NCBI GenBank assembly: GCA_018064745.1
Contig: JAGHUR010000011.1
Coordinates: 6,137-70,136, forward strand
Origin: Candidatus Fiminaster equi
Lineage (GTDB): Bacteria; Bacillota_I; Bacilli_A; RFN20; CAG-826
Length of the DNA stretch: 64,000 nucleotides
Reading direction: 5' to 3'
Part shown: positions 51,045-61,620 of the stretch, piece by piece
Position numbering within the stretch: position 1 is the first letter of the stretch
How the letters are laid out: every line of letters begins with the position of its first letter
Program-made: the position numbers and the translations under genes
Notes under the pieces: generated by a model
What the model was told of the DNA's origin: nothing
What the model saw: the letters and a program-made list of their open reading frames with translations, nothing else
Databases searched by the model: none

Positions 51045-51896
51045 ATGAATAAAGTACAAATTATATGTGATTCTACAATAGATATCACGCAAGAATTATG
51101 CCAAAAATATGGCATTGATGTAATTCCATTACACGTCAGCTTTGGTGATGAAGACTATTTAGATGGTCAAAACATTACACTTGAGCAATTATACGCAAAA
51201 GTTAAAGAATATGGAGAACTTCCACATACTGCTGCGGTTTCTTCTGCAATCTTCGAAGAAGAATTCAAGAAATTTATCGACAAAGGTATGGATGTCGTTT
51301 ATGTTGGCATTGGAAGTACACTTTCAAGTGCATTCCAAAGTGCATATATTGCAAAGCAATCATTTCCAGATGATAGAGTAGCGTTGATTGACTCTAAAAA
51401 CCTTTCAACAGCATCTGCAATTTTAGCAATTAAAGCTGCTAAATTACGCGATGAAGGTAAATCAGCAGTAGAAATAGCTGAAGAAGTTCAAAAACTTGTT
51501 CCAAATGTTGTTGGTCAATTTTCAATTGAACAATTTGAATATTTACATAAAGGCGGAAGATGTTCCGGTGCTGCAAAAGTTGTTGGCACATTATTACATA
51601 TTCGTCCTTTCTTAAGAGTTATTGATGGAAAACTTCTTGTTTACAAGAAACCGCGTGGTCCAATGAAAGTTGCAATTAATGAACAAATTAATGGAATGAA
51701 AGAAGATGCTCCAAACATTGATGAAACAGTGGTATTCATTACACATACAGGTATGGCACCTGGAATGGTTGAATGGGTTCAAGAAGAAGTTGGTAAAATT
51801 GTTGATCCTAAATCAATTGTTGTAACAACAGCCGGGGCTGTTATTGGTTCACATTGTGGCCCAGGAACATTAGGAATCATTTATTTAAAAAAATAA
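51045..51896 (+). CDS. DegV-family fatty-acid-binding protein (FakB-like)
   Basis: 283 aa; MNKVQIICDSTIDITQE...PHTAAVS DegV signature. Confidence 0.85.
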   Translation: MNKVQIICDSTIDITQELCQKYGIDVIPLHVSFGDEDYLDGQNITLEQLYAKVKEYGELPHTAAVSSAIFEEEFKKFIDKGMDVVYVGIGSTLSSAFQSAYIAKQSFPDDRVALIDSKNLSTASAILAIKAAKLRDEGKSAVEIAEEVQKLVPNVVGQFSIEQFEYLHKGGRCSGAAKVVGTLLHIRPFLRVIDGKLLVYKKPRGPMKVAINEQINGMKEDAPNIDETVVFITHTGMAPGMVEWVQEEVGKIVDPKSIVVTTAGAVIGSHCGPGTLGIIYLKK

Positions 51897-51903
51897 AAAT
51901 AAA

Positions 51904-51934
51904 AAACATCAGGTTTGAAATCTGATGTTTTTAT
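51904..51934. terminator. bidirectional rho-independent terminator
   Basis: AACATCAGG-tttgaaat-CTGATGTT hairpin with A-run upstream and T-run downstream. Confidence 0.6.
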
Positions 51935-51948
51935 TAATAAATTAATAA

Positions 51949-53124
51949 TTAAGCGCGTTTTTCCTTTTTGTAATTCTTTTTCACACGGTGTGCAAGTATC
52001 GTGTACACGATTGTAAATGGAATTAATGCTAAGTAAAGAATTGATGGAATGAATGAAGAAGTTGTAACATTCAATGTCAAACTACTTAGGACAGATTTGA
52101 ATTCTTCCATAGGAAGGACTCCTGCAATTTGTGGAAGGAATTTACTTGTTGCAATTGTTAATGTAATTCCTAATAAAAGTTGTATTGAAGCAAAAACGAA
52201 TACATACCAGGATTTGACCCAACATTTTTTACGTCTAATTATTCTAATGATAGAAACAATTGCAAGTACAGCCCATGGTGCAACAAATGCCATTAATGCG
52301 ATGAAATAATACAAGCTGTATTCTGAGAAGGAAGATGCAAACCCATCAAGAGTCTCATTTAATTTTCCTTGAAGTGTATCTCTTATCTTTTGTTTAAGGT
52401 TAACAATTTTACCGTCAGCATCACAGAATTCATTTTCAATGAATTTGTTTTTCATTTCAATTCTAACACTTTCGGTCATTTCATTGCCAATTTTTGTTGT
52501 ATCAGCGAACTCTTCAACGTGAGCTTGGTTTGCTAATCTACTTGCAACATCTTTCATTCTGTCTGTAACAACTTCATCCATAACCTTGTCGATAGTAGGA
52601 TCTTCTTCTGTAGCTTTTTTATAAACATCTTCTGCAAATGTACTGAAATATTCTTCGTTAAGTCCGGCATCGCTCATAGCTTTATCGCGATCTGTTGTAG
52701 GGCTTAATTCAACAATTTTATTTTCGACAGACTCTCTAATAATTTTCTTAGCAACATTAGTTGCTGTTTTGTGAACAACATCTTCTAAGATTGGTGTTAT
52801 GTCATTCATTACATTTGTTTTTGCCTCTTCGAGAGGTTCTGTAATGCTGTTTTTTAAACCCTCTTTATCTGTGAATTTTAAAACATATTTAGCTTCGACT
52901 GTTGCTTTAACCTTAATATCAACGGTTTTGTCTTTGACAATTTCATCAACTTCATCACCAGTAATATCTTTTCCGGCAGCATCTTTAACCATTGATGATA
53001 ATTGATCTGATTGGATTTTATATCCTCCATCAATATCGATATATGGTTTTGTAAAGAAGCAAGTAATTGCTACCGCTGCAATTACTAAATAGACGAGATT
53101 TAAAATCTTAATCACAACTTTCAT
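51949..53124 (-). CDS. hypothetical membrane protein (N-terminal anchor, ~250-aa charged extracellular domain, C-terminal 3-4 TM bundle)
   Basis: 391 aa; no recognisable motifs. Confidence 0.5.
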   Translation of the reverse strand: MKVVIKILNLVYLVIAAVAITCFFTKPYIDIDGGYKIQSDQLSSMVKDAAGKDITGDEVDEIVKDKTVDIKVKATVEAKYVLKFTDKEGLKNSITEPLEEAKTNVMNDITPILEDVVHKTATNVAKKIIRESVENKIVELSPTTDRDKAMSDAGLNEEYFSTFAEDVYKKATEEDPTIDKVMDEVVTDRMKDVASRLANQAHVEEFADTTKIGNEMTESVRIEMKNKFIENEFCDADGKIVNLKQKIRDTLQGKLNETLDGFASSFSEYSLYYFIALMAFVAPWAVLAIVSIIRIIRRKKCWVKSWYVFVFASIQLLLGITLTIATSKFLPQIAGVLPMEEFKSVLSSLTLNVTTSSFIPSILYLALIPFTIVYTILAHRVKKNYKKEKRA

Positions 53125-53174
53125 ATTTAAAACTCCTTATGCAAAATTTTATATTCTAAATTAAATTTTGTCTA

Positions 53175-54506
53175 TTATTTTCCGCTGATAGACATCTTAC
53201 TTATATAAATATATGGACATTCAGTGGTGGTTCTGATGACTAATTCAGTTTCCTTTGATAACCCTTTAATGTTGGAGAACATATTTACTAAATTATCAGC
53301 AACAGTGATAAGGGCAACTGGCTCTGCAATTTTGCCATCTCTAATCATAAATCCACCGCACGGAAGAGAGAAGTTTCCTGATTGAGAATTCATTCCTGAA
53401 TGTAAGCCTTGGAGTTCAGTAATAAGCACGCCTTCTTTTATTTCAGAAAAGAGCTCATTTTTTGATTTTCGTCCAGGTTTTACCGCTAAAAATGCAGTAT
53501 CTGCTGATGCTTTTGATCCAGCACGGTAACCATTTCCTGTTGGTTCAACACCAGCGATTTGAGCTGTTTGAAGAGTGTATAAGTAGGTTTTTAAAACACC
53601 ATTTTTGATGATTGCTTTTTTGTTAGTAGCAACACCTTCATCATCAAAATATCTAAAGAACAAATTCTTTCTTAATGGATCTTCAATAACTGTTAATTTT
53701 TTGCTTGCAATTTGTTGATTTAGTTTTCCTTCGAATAAAGAAGTGTGTTTTTGAACCTCTTCTGCATCAACAGAGCTCAATAAATGACGTAAAAGAGTTG
53801 ATGCACACTCTGGAGTGAGTACAACAGGGTACTTTTTCGATGGACATTGTATTGAACCAAGTTTGTCTAAGGCATCTTTTGCACATTCTTCAACAAATTT
53901 GTCAACATTGAACTCATTTGGATCAATGGAAGCAAAAATTTTGAAACCCGTTCTTACCTCATCGCCTTGCTTTGCTGTGATCTCTGCGAAGTATGAGTAA
54001 TCTGCAATTTTACTATTTAACTTTAAACCATATGAATTTGATAATTTTTCTTCGCTTAAACTTTCTTCATAACCAACTGTTACAACTTCATTAATACGTT
54101 TATCATAATTCTTTAATTTTCTTTCAATTTCAAGCAAAATACCCACTTTTTCCTGGATATTTCCGCTTAAAACGTTTTTGTTGAAGACAGATTTTTTATG
54201 ATATTTTTCGCTACCTTTAAAGATGATACTTGGGTCATCATTTTCGATTACTCCAGCGGTTCTTTTTATGCTATTAATTAAGAAGTTTGGAGCGTCTTTA
54301 TCAATAGCTTCTGTAGTGGCTGAACCAAACTTTCCATTGATAATTCCGCGGGCAGTAATTGTATGGGTATCATGTTCAGTCATTGAATCAACTTCGCCAT
54401 GGAAAATTGAGGTAGAAAGTGAGTAATTTCTCTTCAAATAAAGATCAGCTGATTCAAATTTATTTTCTTTTGCTAATTCAAAGAATTTTTGTTCATTTAA
54501 TTTCAT
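53175..54506 (-). CDS. pmbA: TldE/PmbA (peptidase U62 partner of TldD)
   Basis: 443 aa. U62-family fold without HExxxH. Overlaps tldD by 4 nt. Confidence 0.8.
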   Translation of the reverse strand: MKLNEQKFFELAKENKFESADLYLKRNYSLSTSIFHGEVDSMTEHDTHTITARGIINGKFGSATTEAIDKDAPNFLINSIKRTAGVIENDDPSIIFKGSEKYHKKSVFNKNVLSGNIQEKVGILLEIERKLKNYDKRINEVVTVGYEESLSEEKLSNSYGLKLNSKIADYSYFAEITAKQGDEVRTGFKIFASIDPNEFNVDKFVEECAKDALDKLGSIQCPSKKYPVVLTPECASTLLRHLLSSVDAEEVQKHTSLFEGKLNQQIASKKLTVIEDPLRKNLFFRYFDDEGVATNKKAIIKNGVLKTYLYTLQTAQIAGVEPTGNGYRAGSKASADTAFLAVKPGRKSKNELFSEIKEGVLITELQGLHSGMNSQSGNFSLPCGGFMIRDGKIAEPVALITVADNLVNMFSNIKGLSKETELVIRTTTECPYIYISKMSISGK

Positions 54507-55900
54507 TTGATTTCTCCTCCATTTCCGCCAACTGTCATTTCACTGACTCTAATTGTTGGTTGGCCAACATCAACTGGACAATAGCCAGATGCAGCACCGC
54601 ACATTCCTTGTGCTCTTGCTAAGTCGTTTCCAACCATATCAATTTTCATTAAGACGTCTTGACCTGTTCCAATAATGGATGCACCTCTAACTGGTTCGCA
54701 AATTTTGCCATCTCTTACTATGTAAGCAACTGAACATCCAAAGTTAAATTCGCCAGTAACAGGATTAACAGATCCACCAGCTAATGATTGTGCGTATAAA
54801 CCGAATTTTGTAGCTTTAATAATTTCTTCAGGAGTGGACTTTCCATTACAAATAAATGTATTGGACATTCTAGAAGTAGGTTCAAAACGGTAAGATTGTC
54901 TTCGACAAGCTCCATTTCCTGTTAATCCCATTCTTCTTCCATTGAAATCATCAATCAAATAGTTTTTTAAAATACCATTTTCAATCAATAAAGTTTTTTG
55001 GGTTGGATTTCCTTCATCATCAACATTGTTTGAACCCCAACCATTTGGGATTGTTCCATCGTCGATGGCTGAAACGACAGGAGAAGCAATTTGTTGACCA
55101 ATCTTGTTTGCAAAAACTGATAAACCCTTACTAACTGCACTTGCTTCAAGTGGGTGCCCACAAGCTTCATGGAACAAAGTTCCACCAAAGCCATTTCCAA
55201 TAATAACTGGCATTTTTCCACTTGGGCATTCTTTTGCTTCAAGCATCATGATTGCGTTGTGTGCAACTCTATTTGCAACTTCTTTAATATCTACATTTTT
55301 TAAGAAAAATTCAAAACCAGCAGAAGCGCCCGGTCCTTCAAAACCAGTTTCAATTTTTCCGCCCTCTGCTGCAACGCATGAGAGCGCGCATCTTCCGCGT
55401 TCTTTTTCATCTAAAATAATAAACCCTTTTGAGTTGATAATTTGAATGTTTGAATGTTGGTGAGAAAGTGATGCATTTGTTCTGACAATTCTTTTGTCAA
55501 ATCTGCTTAAAATTTCTTCACCAGATTTTAAATAATTTATGACTTCTTGGTCGCTAACTGTATCGAAAGGAATTTCTGATTTTGATAGGGTTTTTGCGGT
55601 CTTTTTTGTCAAATTATCCAAGAAAACGCATTGTTTTTCATGGAACGACTTGGACAATGATTCAATTAATTTTGTGATGGATTTTTCGTTAACTTCATTA
55701 GTGAATCCATAAACACTTTGATAGCCTTTTAAAAGTCTAACTCCAGCACCAAAAGTACGGTTGATTGAAGAGGTCTCAACTTTGCCATTTTCGATGACAA
55801 TATTTTGGGATGTTTTGTCTTCAATAAAAATCTCTGCATAATCAGCACCAGTGAGTAAGCCTTTTTGAAGTATTCTTAAACCTTGAGCTTTGTTTAACAT
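54503..55900 (-). CDS. tldD: metalloprotease TldD
   Basis: 465 aa. HEACGH zinc motif. Conserved GxC and C-terminal U62 domain. Confidence 0.85.
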   Translation of the reverse strand: MLNKAQGLRILQKGLLTGADYAEIFIEDKTSQNIVIENGKVETSSINRTFGAGVRLLKGYQSVYGFTNEVNEKSITKLIESLSKSFHEKQCVFLDNLTKKTAKTLSKSEIPFDTVSDQEVINYLKSGEEILSRFDKRIVRTNASLSHQHSNIQIINSKGFIILDEKERGRCALSCVAAEGGKIETGFEGPGASAGFEFFLKNVDIKEVANRVAHNAIMMLEAKECPSGKMPVIIGNGFGGTLFHEACGHPLEASAVSKGLSVFANKIGQQIASPVVSAIDDGTIPNGWGSNNVDDEGNPTQKTLLIENGILKNYLIDDFNGRRMGLTGNGACRRQSYRFEPTSRMSNTFICNGKSTPEEIIKATKFGLYAQSLAGGSVNPVTGEFNFGCSVAYIVRDGKICEPVRGASIIGTGQDVLMKIDMVGNDLARAQGMCGAASGYCPVDVGQPTIRVSEMTVGGNGGEIK

Positions 55901-56052
55901 ATGAAACTCCTTTTTGTGATTAGTATTATATAGATTTTTTGTGAAGATATAAATAAATTATATTTTTTCTTGCTTTTGCTTTTTAACATGTTAACATTAT
56001 AAGGCACTTTCTTTAGGAGCCACAGAGCCCTAAGGCGGAAGGAGTTAGATTT

Positions 56053-56256
56053 ATGAAAAAGGATATTCACCCAGAAGTTTACGAAGTAGAGGTTACTTGT
56101 GTCTCATGCGGAAGCAAGTTCAAAACACATTCCACACGCAAGGAAATTCACGTTGATACTTGCGCAAATTGCCACCCATTCTATACTGGCAAACAAAGAT
56201 TCGTTTCTACAGATGGCCGTGTTGATCGTTTCAACAAGAAATACGGTTTAAAATAA
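56053..56256 (+). CDS. rpmE: 50S ribosomal protein L31 (zinc-ribbon type A)
   Basis: 67 aa. [12 protein letters not shown].. with CxxC...CxxC. SD GGAAGGAG. Terminator CTCGCG-gcatgtt-CGCGAG-T8 at 56282-56306. Confidence 0.9.
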   Translation: MKKDIHPEVYEVEVTCVSCGSKFKTHSTRKEIHVDTCANCHPFYTGKQRFVSTDGRVDRFNKKYGLK

Positions 56257-56386
56257 GAAACATTGGTAAAAATATAAAACTCGCGGCATGTTCGCGAGTT
56301 TTTTTTAAAATTTCTATATATTAATTATGTTTCGCTTTATTTTATAAAATAAGGGTTCTATAATATTTACATAGGAAGTGATAAAT

Positions 56387-57385
56387 ATGAGATTATTTAG
56401 AACAGTCAGTGTTATATCAACGGCAATTGTTTCATTTTGCTGTACGGCGTGTGGAGTTGATGAAAGTACATTGTATAAAATTGCAGTTACAAAAGCTCCA
56501 GATAAGATTAGTTATGTTGCCGGTGAAAAATTTGATCCTAAGGGAATGGAAGTAACTGGTTATTATGCTGAAGATAAAACAAAAGAGATTGAAGATTATA
56601 CATACACTCCAACAAAGGCTTTATCTACTTCTAACAAAACAGTGACAATTACTTACAAAGGTTTTAAATGTACAACTAAAATTAGTGTAAGCATTGCACC
56701 AAAACCAGACCCAGAAGGATATTACAAAGAATGTGAAGGTCTTCAAGGATCCCAATTAGAAGACAAACTTAAAGAGATTAATACACCACGTTCTCCAAGC
56801 TATGATTGGAAGAGATATGAAGCTGCAGATGAATCTGCAACTGATCCAAGTTGCATATTATCTTTGTATACAAGACACGACATTCCTAAAAATAATCACT
56901 GCGGTAACTATGCCTGGAATTATTGGAATAGAGAACACATATGGACACAAACCGCTTATCCAAATTCAAAACAAGATAATCACAATATCTTTGCTTGTGA
57001 AGGCCAAATAAATGCATATAGAGGTGATTTACCATTTGGTGAAGTATCTCATACCTCTGGAAATACAAAGAAAATTTTTGGTCACGATGTAGATTGTTAT
57101 TGGACAAGTAGTCGTTTTGAACCATGCGATGACGCCAAAGGCGAAGTTGCTAGAGCAGTTATGTATGGAACAGTTCAATATTCATATGACATTACTGATA
57201 TGATTTCAATCGACCTTGCTCTTAAATGGCACCTTGAACATCCTATCACTACTAGAGATCAAAATAGAAATAGTGTTGTTTATACACTTCAAGGAAACAG
57301 AAACCCATTTGTTGATCACCCTGAATATGCTTGTAAGATTTGGGGAACAACAAACTCTGCCACAAAGAAAATTTGTGGAATGTAA
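56387..57385 (+). CDS. secreted/lipoprotein nuclease of the Endonuclease-I (EndA/Vvn) family with N-terminal Ig-like domain
   Basis: SD TAGGAAG before the ATG at 56387. Signal peptide with Cys cluster (VSFCCTAC). C-terminal motifs REHIWTQ, NAYRGDLPFGEV and GNRNPFVDHPEYA match the Endonuclease I family. Confidence 0.7.
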   Translation: MRLFRTVSVISTAIVSFCCTACGVDESTLYKIAVTKAPDKISYVAGEKFDPKGMEVTGYYAEDKTKEIEDYTYTPTKALSTSNKTVTITYKGFKCTTKISVSIAPKPDPEGYYKECEGLQGSQLEDKLKEINTPRSPSYDWKRYEAADESATDPSCILSLYTRHDIPKNNHCGNYAWNYWNREHIWTQTAYPNSKQDNHNIFACEGQINAYRGDLPFGEVSHTSGNTKKIFGHDVDCYWTSSRFEPCDDAKGEVARAVMYGTVQYSYDITDMISIDLALKWHLEHPITTRDQNRNSVVYTLQGNRNPFVDHPEYACKIWGTTNSATKKICGM

Positions 57386-57413
57386 TTTTTAATAAGAACA
57401 AGGAGTACCTCAT

Positions 57414-58991
57414 ATGAAAAACAAGTTCTACATTACTACGCCAATTTATTACCCAAGCGCGGAAGCGCACATAGGACACGCTTATTGCACAACCATGTGT
57501 GATATTTTAGCGCGTTCAAAACGAATGCGTGGTTTTGAAACTTATTTTTTAACTGGTACTGATGAACATGGCGAAAAGATCCAAAAGAAAGCTGCTGAAA
57601 AAGGCGTTACTCCTCAACAATATGTTGATGAAATTGCAGCTAAGTTCCAAGATTTATGGAAAGCCATGAGAATTTCAAATGATGATTTTATTAGAACGAC
57701 TCAAGAAAGACACACTAAAGTAGTTCAAAACATCTTTTCTACATTGTATAAAAACGAAGATATTTACCTTGGTAAATACGAAGGTTGGTATTGCACCCCT
57801 TGTGAATCTTTTTGGACTGATACTCAAGTTGGTGAAGAACGCCTTTGTCCAGATTGCCATAGAGAAGTTCATAAAGCTTCTGAAGAATGTTATTTCTTCA
57901 AGACAAATAAATATCTTGATGAACTATTAAAATATTATGATGAAAACCCAAAATTCATTACACCAATCAATCGTAAGAATGAAATGATGAATACATTCAT
58001 TAAGAACGGCCTTGATGATTTATGTGTTTCTAGAACAACTTTTGATTGGGGTGTTCCAGTTTTAGAAAACCCAAAACACGTTATGTATGTTTGGTTAGAC
58101 GCACTTTGTAATTATATTACAGCTTTAGGATATGGCTCTGAAAATACAGATAAGTTTGAAAAATTCTGGAATGATCCAAATACCGAAATTGTGCACGTTG
58201 TAGGCGCAGACATTACACGTTTCCACGTTATCTATTGGCCAATGTTTTTAAAAGGACTTAATCTTAGATTACCAGACAGAGTTTTCGTCCATGGTCTTTT
58301 AGATCTAAACGGCGAGAAGATGTCAAAGAGTCGCGGAAACGTTGTTTCGCCTCTTCCACTAATTGAAAGATATGGCGTTGATACAGTTCGTTGGTTCTTG
58401 GCAAAAGAATTCTCATTTGGTAGTGACGGAAGATTTACTCCAGAGTTATTTGCCGACCGCGTAAATGTAGATCTCGCTAACAATTTTGGCAACCTCGTTA
58501 ACCGTACCACTTCAATGATTTCAAAATACTTCGATGGTATTGTGCCAGAACTTAAAAATCCTGGAGAAAATGAGCGAAATATTGAGGTTTTGACGGAGAA
58601 AACAGTTAAAGCTTATGAGAATTTGATGGATGATTTGAAGGTTACTGAAGCCCTTCATGAAGTCATCAATTTGCTCAATGTTGCAAACAAATATATTGAA
58701 GAATCTCAACCTTGGGTTTTATCAAAAGAAGGCAAGATTGAAGAACTCGGAAATGTTATGGCAGTTTTAACAAATTGTATTATTGTTGGAACTAAACTTT
58801 TGTCCCCAGTATTAGTTGAATCTGCTCCAAAAGTTTTCGCATTATTTAATTTAACTGAAAAACAACAATCTTATGAATCAGTTCATGACTTTTGCTGCTT
58901 TGCAGGAAATCATGTTGATAAAGGAACACCATTGTTCCCACGTTTAGATGTTGCAGTGGAGACCGAATTTATTAATTCGTTGACAAAATAA
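57414..58991 (+). CDS. metG: methionine--tRNA ligase (short form, no C-terminal tRNA-binding domain)
   Basis: 525 aa. HIGH (AHIGHAY). Zn knuckle CPDCHREV. KMSKS. Confidence 0.9.
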   Translation: MKNKFYITTPIYYPSAEAHIGHAYCTTMCDILARSKRMRGFETYFLTGTDEHGEKIQKKAAEKGVTPQQYVDEIAAKFQDLWKAMRISNDDFIRTTQERHTKVVQNIFSTLYKNEDIYLGKYEGWYCTPCESFWTDTQVGEERLCPDCHREVHKASEECYFFKTNKYLDELLKYYDENPKFITPINRKNEMMNTFIKNGLDDLCVSRTTFDWGVPVLENPKHVMYVWLDALCNYITALGYGSENTDKFEKFWNDPNTEIVHVVGADITRFHVIYWPMFLKGLNLRLPDRVFVHGLLDLNGEKMSKSRGNVVSPLPLIERYGVDTVRWFLAKEFSFGSDGRFTPELFADRVNVDLANNFGNLVNRTTSMISKYFDGIVPELKNPGENERNIEVLTEKTVKAYENLMDDLKVTEALHEVINLLNVANKYIEESQPWVLSKEGKIEELGNVMAVLTNCIIVGTKLLSPVLVESAPKVFALFNLTEKQQSYESVHDFCCFAGNHVDKGTPLFPRLDVAVETEFINSLTK

Positions 58992-58992
58992 T

Positions 58993-61620
58993 ATGGGCAA
59001 GTACGATCAAAACAAAACACCATATTTAGATGCTCTTAAAAAGTATCTTTCTGATGACGTTCTTCAATTAGATGTTCCAGGACACGAAAGAGGAACATTA
59101 CCAAGTAAGTTTAGAAACTTTATTGGAGACTCTGTCTATAACGCTGACGTAAACGCGCCTATTGGAATGGACAATTTAGCCAATCCACAAGGAGTTCTTT
59201 TAGAAGCAGAAAAATATTTTGCTGATTTTGCTAATGCAGACAAGTCATTTTTCCTAGTTAACGGAACCTCTAGTGGCATTCTCGCTATGATTATGGTCGC
59301 GTGCAGTGCTAACGAGAAAATTATTCTCCCACGCAACGTGCACAAATCAATTATTTCTGCTCTTATTCTTTCTGGTGCTTCACCAATTTTTATTGCACCA
59401 AAAATTGATGCAGATTTAGAAATTGCTAATCAACCAACAGTTGATGATTATATTAATGCTATGCATAAATATCCTTCAGTGAAAGCAATTTTTGTTATTA
59501 ACCCAACTTATTTTGGCGCAGTTAATGACTTAAAACATTTAGTTGAAGAAGCTCACGCTAGAGGAATTGCGGTTTTGGTCGATGAAGCACACGGTGCTCA
59601 TTACTATTTTGATAAACAAGGACCAATTTCAGCCATGGATGCTGGAGCTGATATGTCTTCAGTTTCTTTCCACAAGACTGGTGGAAGTTTAACTCAATCA
59701 TCTGTTTTACTCCTCAAATCTAAACTTATTGATAGAGCTAGAGTTCAAAAAACTCTTAACATTTTAAACACAACTTCCCCATCCACAATTCTTATGGCAT
59801 CAATTGATTCCGCAAGATCATTTGCAGCCACAAAAGGCCAAGAATATATGGAAAAACTCCATGAAGTTTCTAAATATGGTCGTGAACAGATTGCAAAAAT
59901 TAATGGATTTGTTCCTTGTGGAAAAGAACATTTTAAAACTCGTGGTTGCTATGATTATGATGAAACAAAACTTGTTATCAAGCTTGAACATTTAGACATT
60001 AATGGTTTTGATGTTTATCAACTGCTCAAGAAAAAATACAACATTCAAATTGAGTTAGCAGAAACATATGTCATTATGGGCGTTTTATCAATGGCATTTA
60101 CAAAACAAAAAATGAATCGTTTAATTGCTGCACTCAAAGACATTTCAAAAAATCATTACAATAAAAAATACAATTATGAACGTCACGCCTTTGGCGTTGA
60201 TTTCCCATTCCAAGTCGTTAGACCAAGAAGTGCTTTCCATGCACCAGGAAATAAAGTTTTACTTAAAGATGCAGTTAACTGCATCTCTAGAGAATCAATT
60301 ATGATTTATCCTCCAGGAATTCCTTTAATTGTTCCGGGAGAAGTTTTCACAAAAGATTTAGTCGATAGAATTTATGCCTATAAGAAAACGGGCTGCACAA
60401 TCCTTTCAGATTACCATGGAGATTACGTTAACGTAATCGATACGACAAAGTGGAGAGCTTATAGAGCTCATAAAAATAAACTTAATGACTATTTGGTCAA
60501 GAGAATTTCTACACCTCGTGCAGATGAGTTTTCTATGCCTTTTGAAGGCAATAAACACAGTGGAACTATTGTTCTTTTACCATTTAGAAAAGATACTTGG
60601 AGAAAAAATGCTGAACCAGCACTTGAAAACTACAAACAAGTTATTACCAGTATTGCAAAATATGAACCTGTTTATGTTGGAATATCTCCAAAATTATGGA
60701 ATCGCGTAATCAAAGATTACGAAGGACTTAAAAATATTTATCCAATCAAGATTGCTTATAACGATGCTTGGGCACGTGACAATTCTCCAATTTTTGTTAC
60801 AAATGGTGACAGAATGAGAATCGTTGACTTTAGATTTAATGCTTGGGGCGGTGAAGTTGATGGATTGTACTCAAACTACAAACAAGATGATGCCTTAACT
60901 AAGAATTTAGCAAAGAAATTTGGTGTCGAATGTTATAGATTAGAAGACTTCATTCTTGAAGGTGGATCAATTCATGTTGATGGGGAGGGAACTTGTCTTG
61001 TAACAAAAGCTTGCCTTCTTTCAGAAGGAAGAAATCCACACCTTAATCAATTAGAAATTGAAGAAACACTCAAGATTTATCTTGGTGTATCTAAAATTAT
61101 TTGGTTAGAACACGGAATTTATGAAGATGAGACTAATGAGCACGTCGATAATGTCGCTTGTTTCATCAAACCTGGTGTTGTTGCACTCGCGTGGACAAAT
61201 GATAAAAATGATCCTCAATATAAATTCTCAAACGATGCTTATAAAGTCCTCAAAAATTCAACTGATGCAAAAGGCAGAAAGTTAGAAATTGTTAAAATTA
61301 AGGTTCCATCACCTATTTATATGTCAAAGAAAGAATCAAAAGGTATTTCTATAGGAAAATATAATGCAAAATCACGTGTTGAAGGAAATAGACTTGCTGC
61401 AAGTTATATTAACTTCTATCAAGGAGAAAAATTTGTCATTCTTCCTGCATTTGGAGTTCCTGAAGATAAGCTTGCTAAGAAAACATTACAAGCTCTTTAT
61501 CCAGAAAAAGAAATTATTCAATTTAACACAAAAGAAATCTTGTTAGGTGGTGGAAACGTTCACTGTATAACAATGCAAATCCCATACAATAAGGAGTTTA
61601 AAAAACGAAATGAAAATTAA
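58993..61620 (+). CDS. bifunctional fusion: Orn/Lys/Arg decarboxylase (SpeA-like, fold III PLP) + agmatine deiminase (AguA)
   Basis: 875 aa, continuous frame. N-terminal ~500 aa OKR_DC with PLP-Lys motif SFHKTGGS. C-terminal ~370 aa has AguA motifs (FSMPFEGNKHSGTIVLLPFRKDTW N-terminus, GGGNVHCITMQIP with catalytic Cys at the C-terminus). Confidence 0.8.
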   Translation: MGKYDQNKTPYLDALKKYLSDDVLQLDVPGHERGTLPSKFRNFIGDSVYNADVNAPIGMDNLANPQGVLLEAEKYFADFANADKSFFLVNGTSSGILAMIMVACSANEKIILPRNVHKSIISALILSGASPIFIAPKIDADLEIANQPTVDDYINAMHKYPSVKAIFVINPTYFGAVNDLKHLVEEAHARGIAVLVDEAHGAHYYFDKQGPISAMDAGADMSSVSFHKTGGSLTQSSVLLLKSKLIDRARVQKTLNILNTTSPSTILMASIDSARSFAATKGQEYMEKLHEVSKYGREQIAKINGFVPCGKEHFKTRGCYDYDETKLVIKLEHLDINGFDVYQLLKKKYNIQIELAETYVIMGVLSMAFTKQKMNRLIAALKDISKNHYNKKYNYERHAFGVDFPFQVVRPRSAFHAPGNKVLLKDAVNCISRESIMIYPPGIPLIVPGEVFTKDLVDRIYAYKKTGCTILSDYHGDYVNVIDTTKWRAYRAHKNKLNDYLVKRISTPRADEFSMPFEGNKHSGTIVLLPFRKDTWRKNAEPALENYKQVITSIAKYEPVYVGISPKLWNRVIKDYEGLKNIYPIKIAYNDAWARDNSPIFVTNGDRMRIVDFRFNAWGGEVDGLYSNYKQDDALTKNLAKKFGVECYRLEDFILEGGSIHVDGEGTCLVTKACLLSEGRNPHLNQLEIEETLKIYLGVSKIIWLEHGIYEDETNEHVDNVACFIKPGVVALAWTNDKNDPQYKFSNDAYKVLKNSTDAKGRKLEIVKIKVPSPIYMSKKESKGISIGKYNAKSRVEGNRLAASYINFYQGEKFVILPAFGVPEDKLAKKTLQALYPEKEIIQFNTKEILLGGGNVHCITMQIPYNKEFKKRNEN

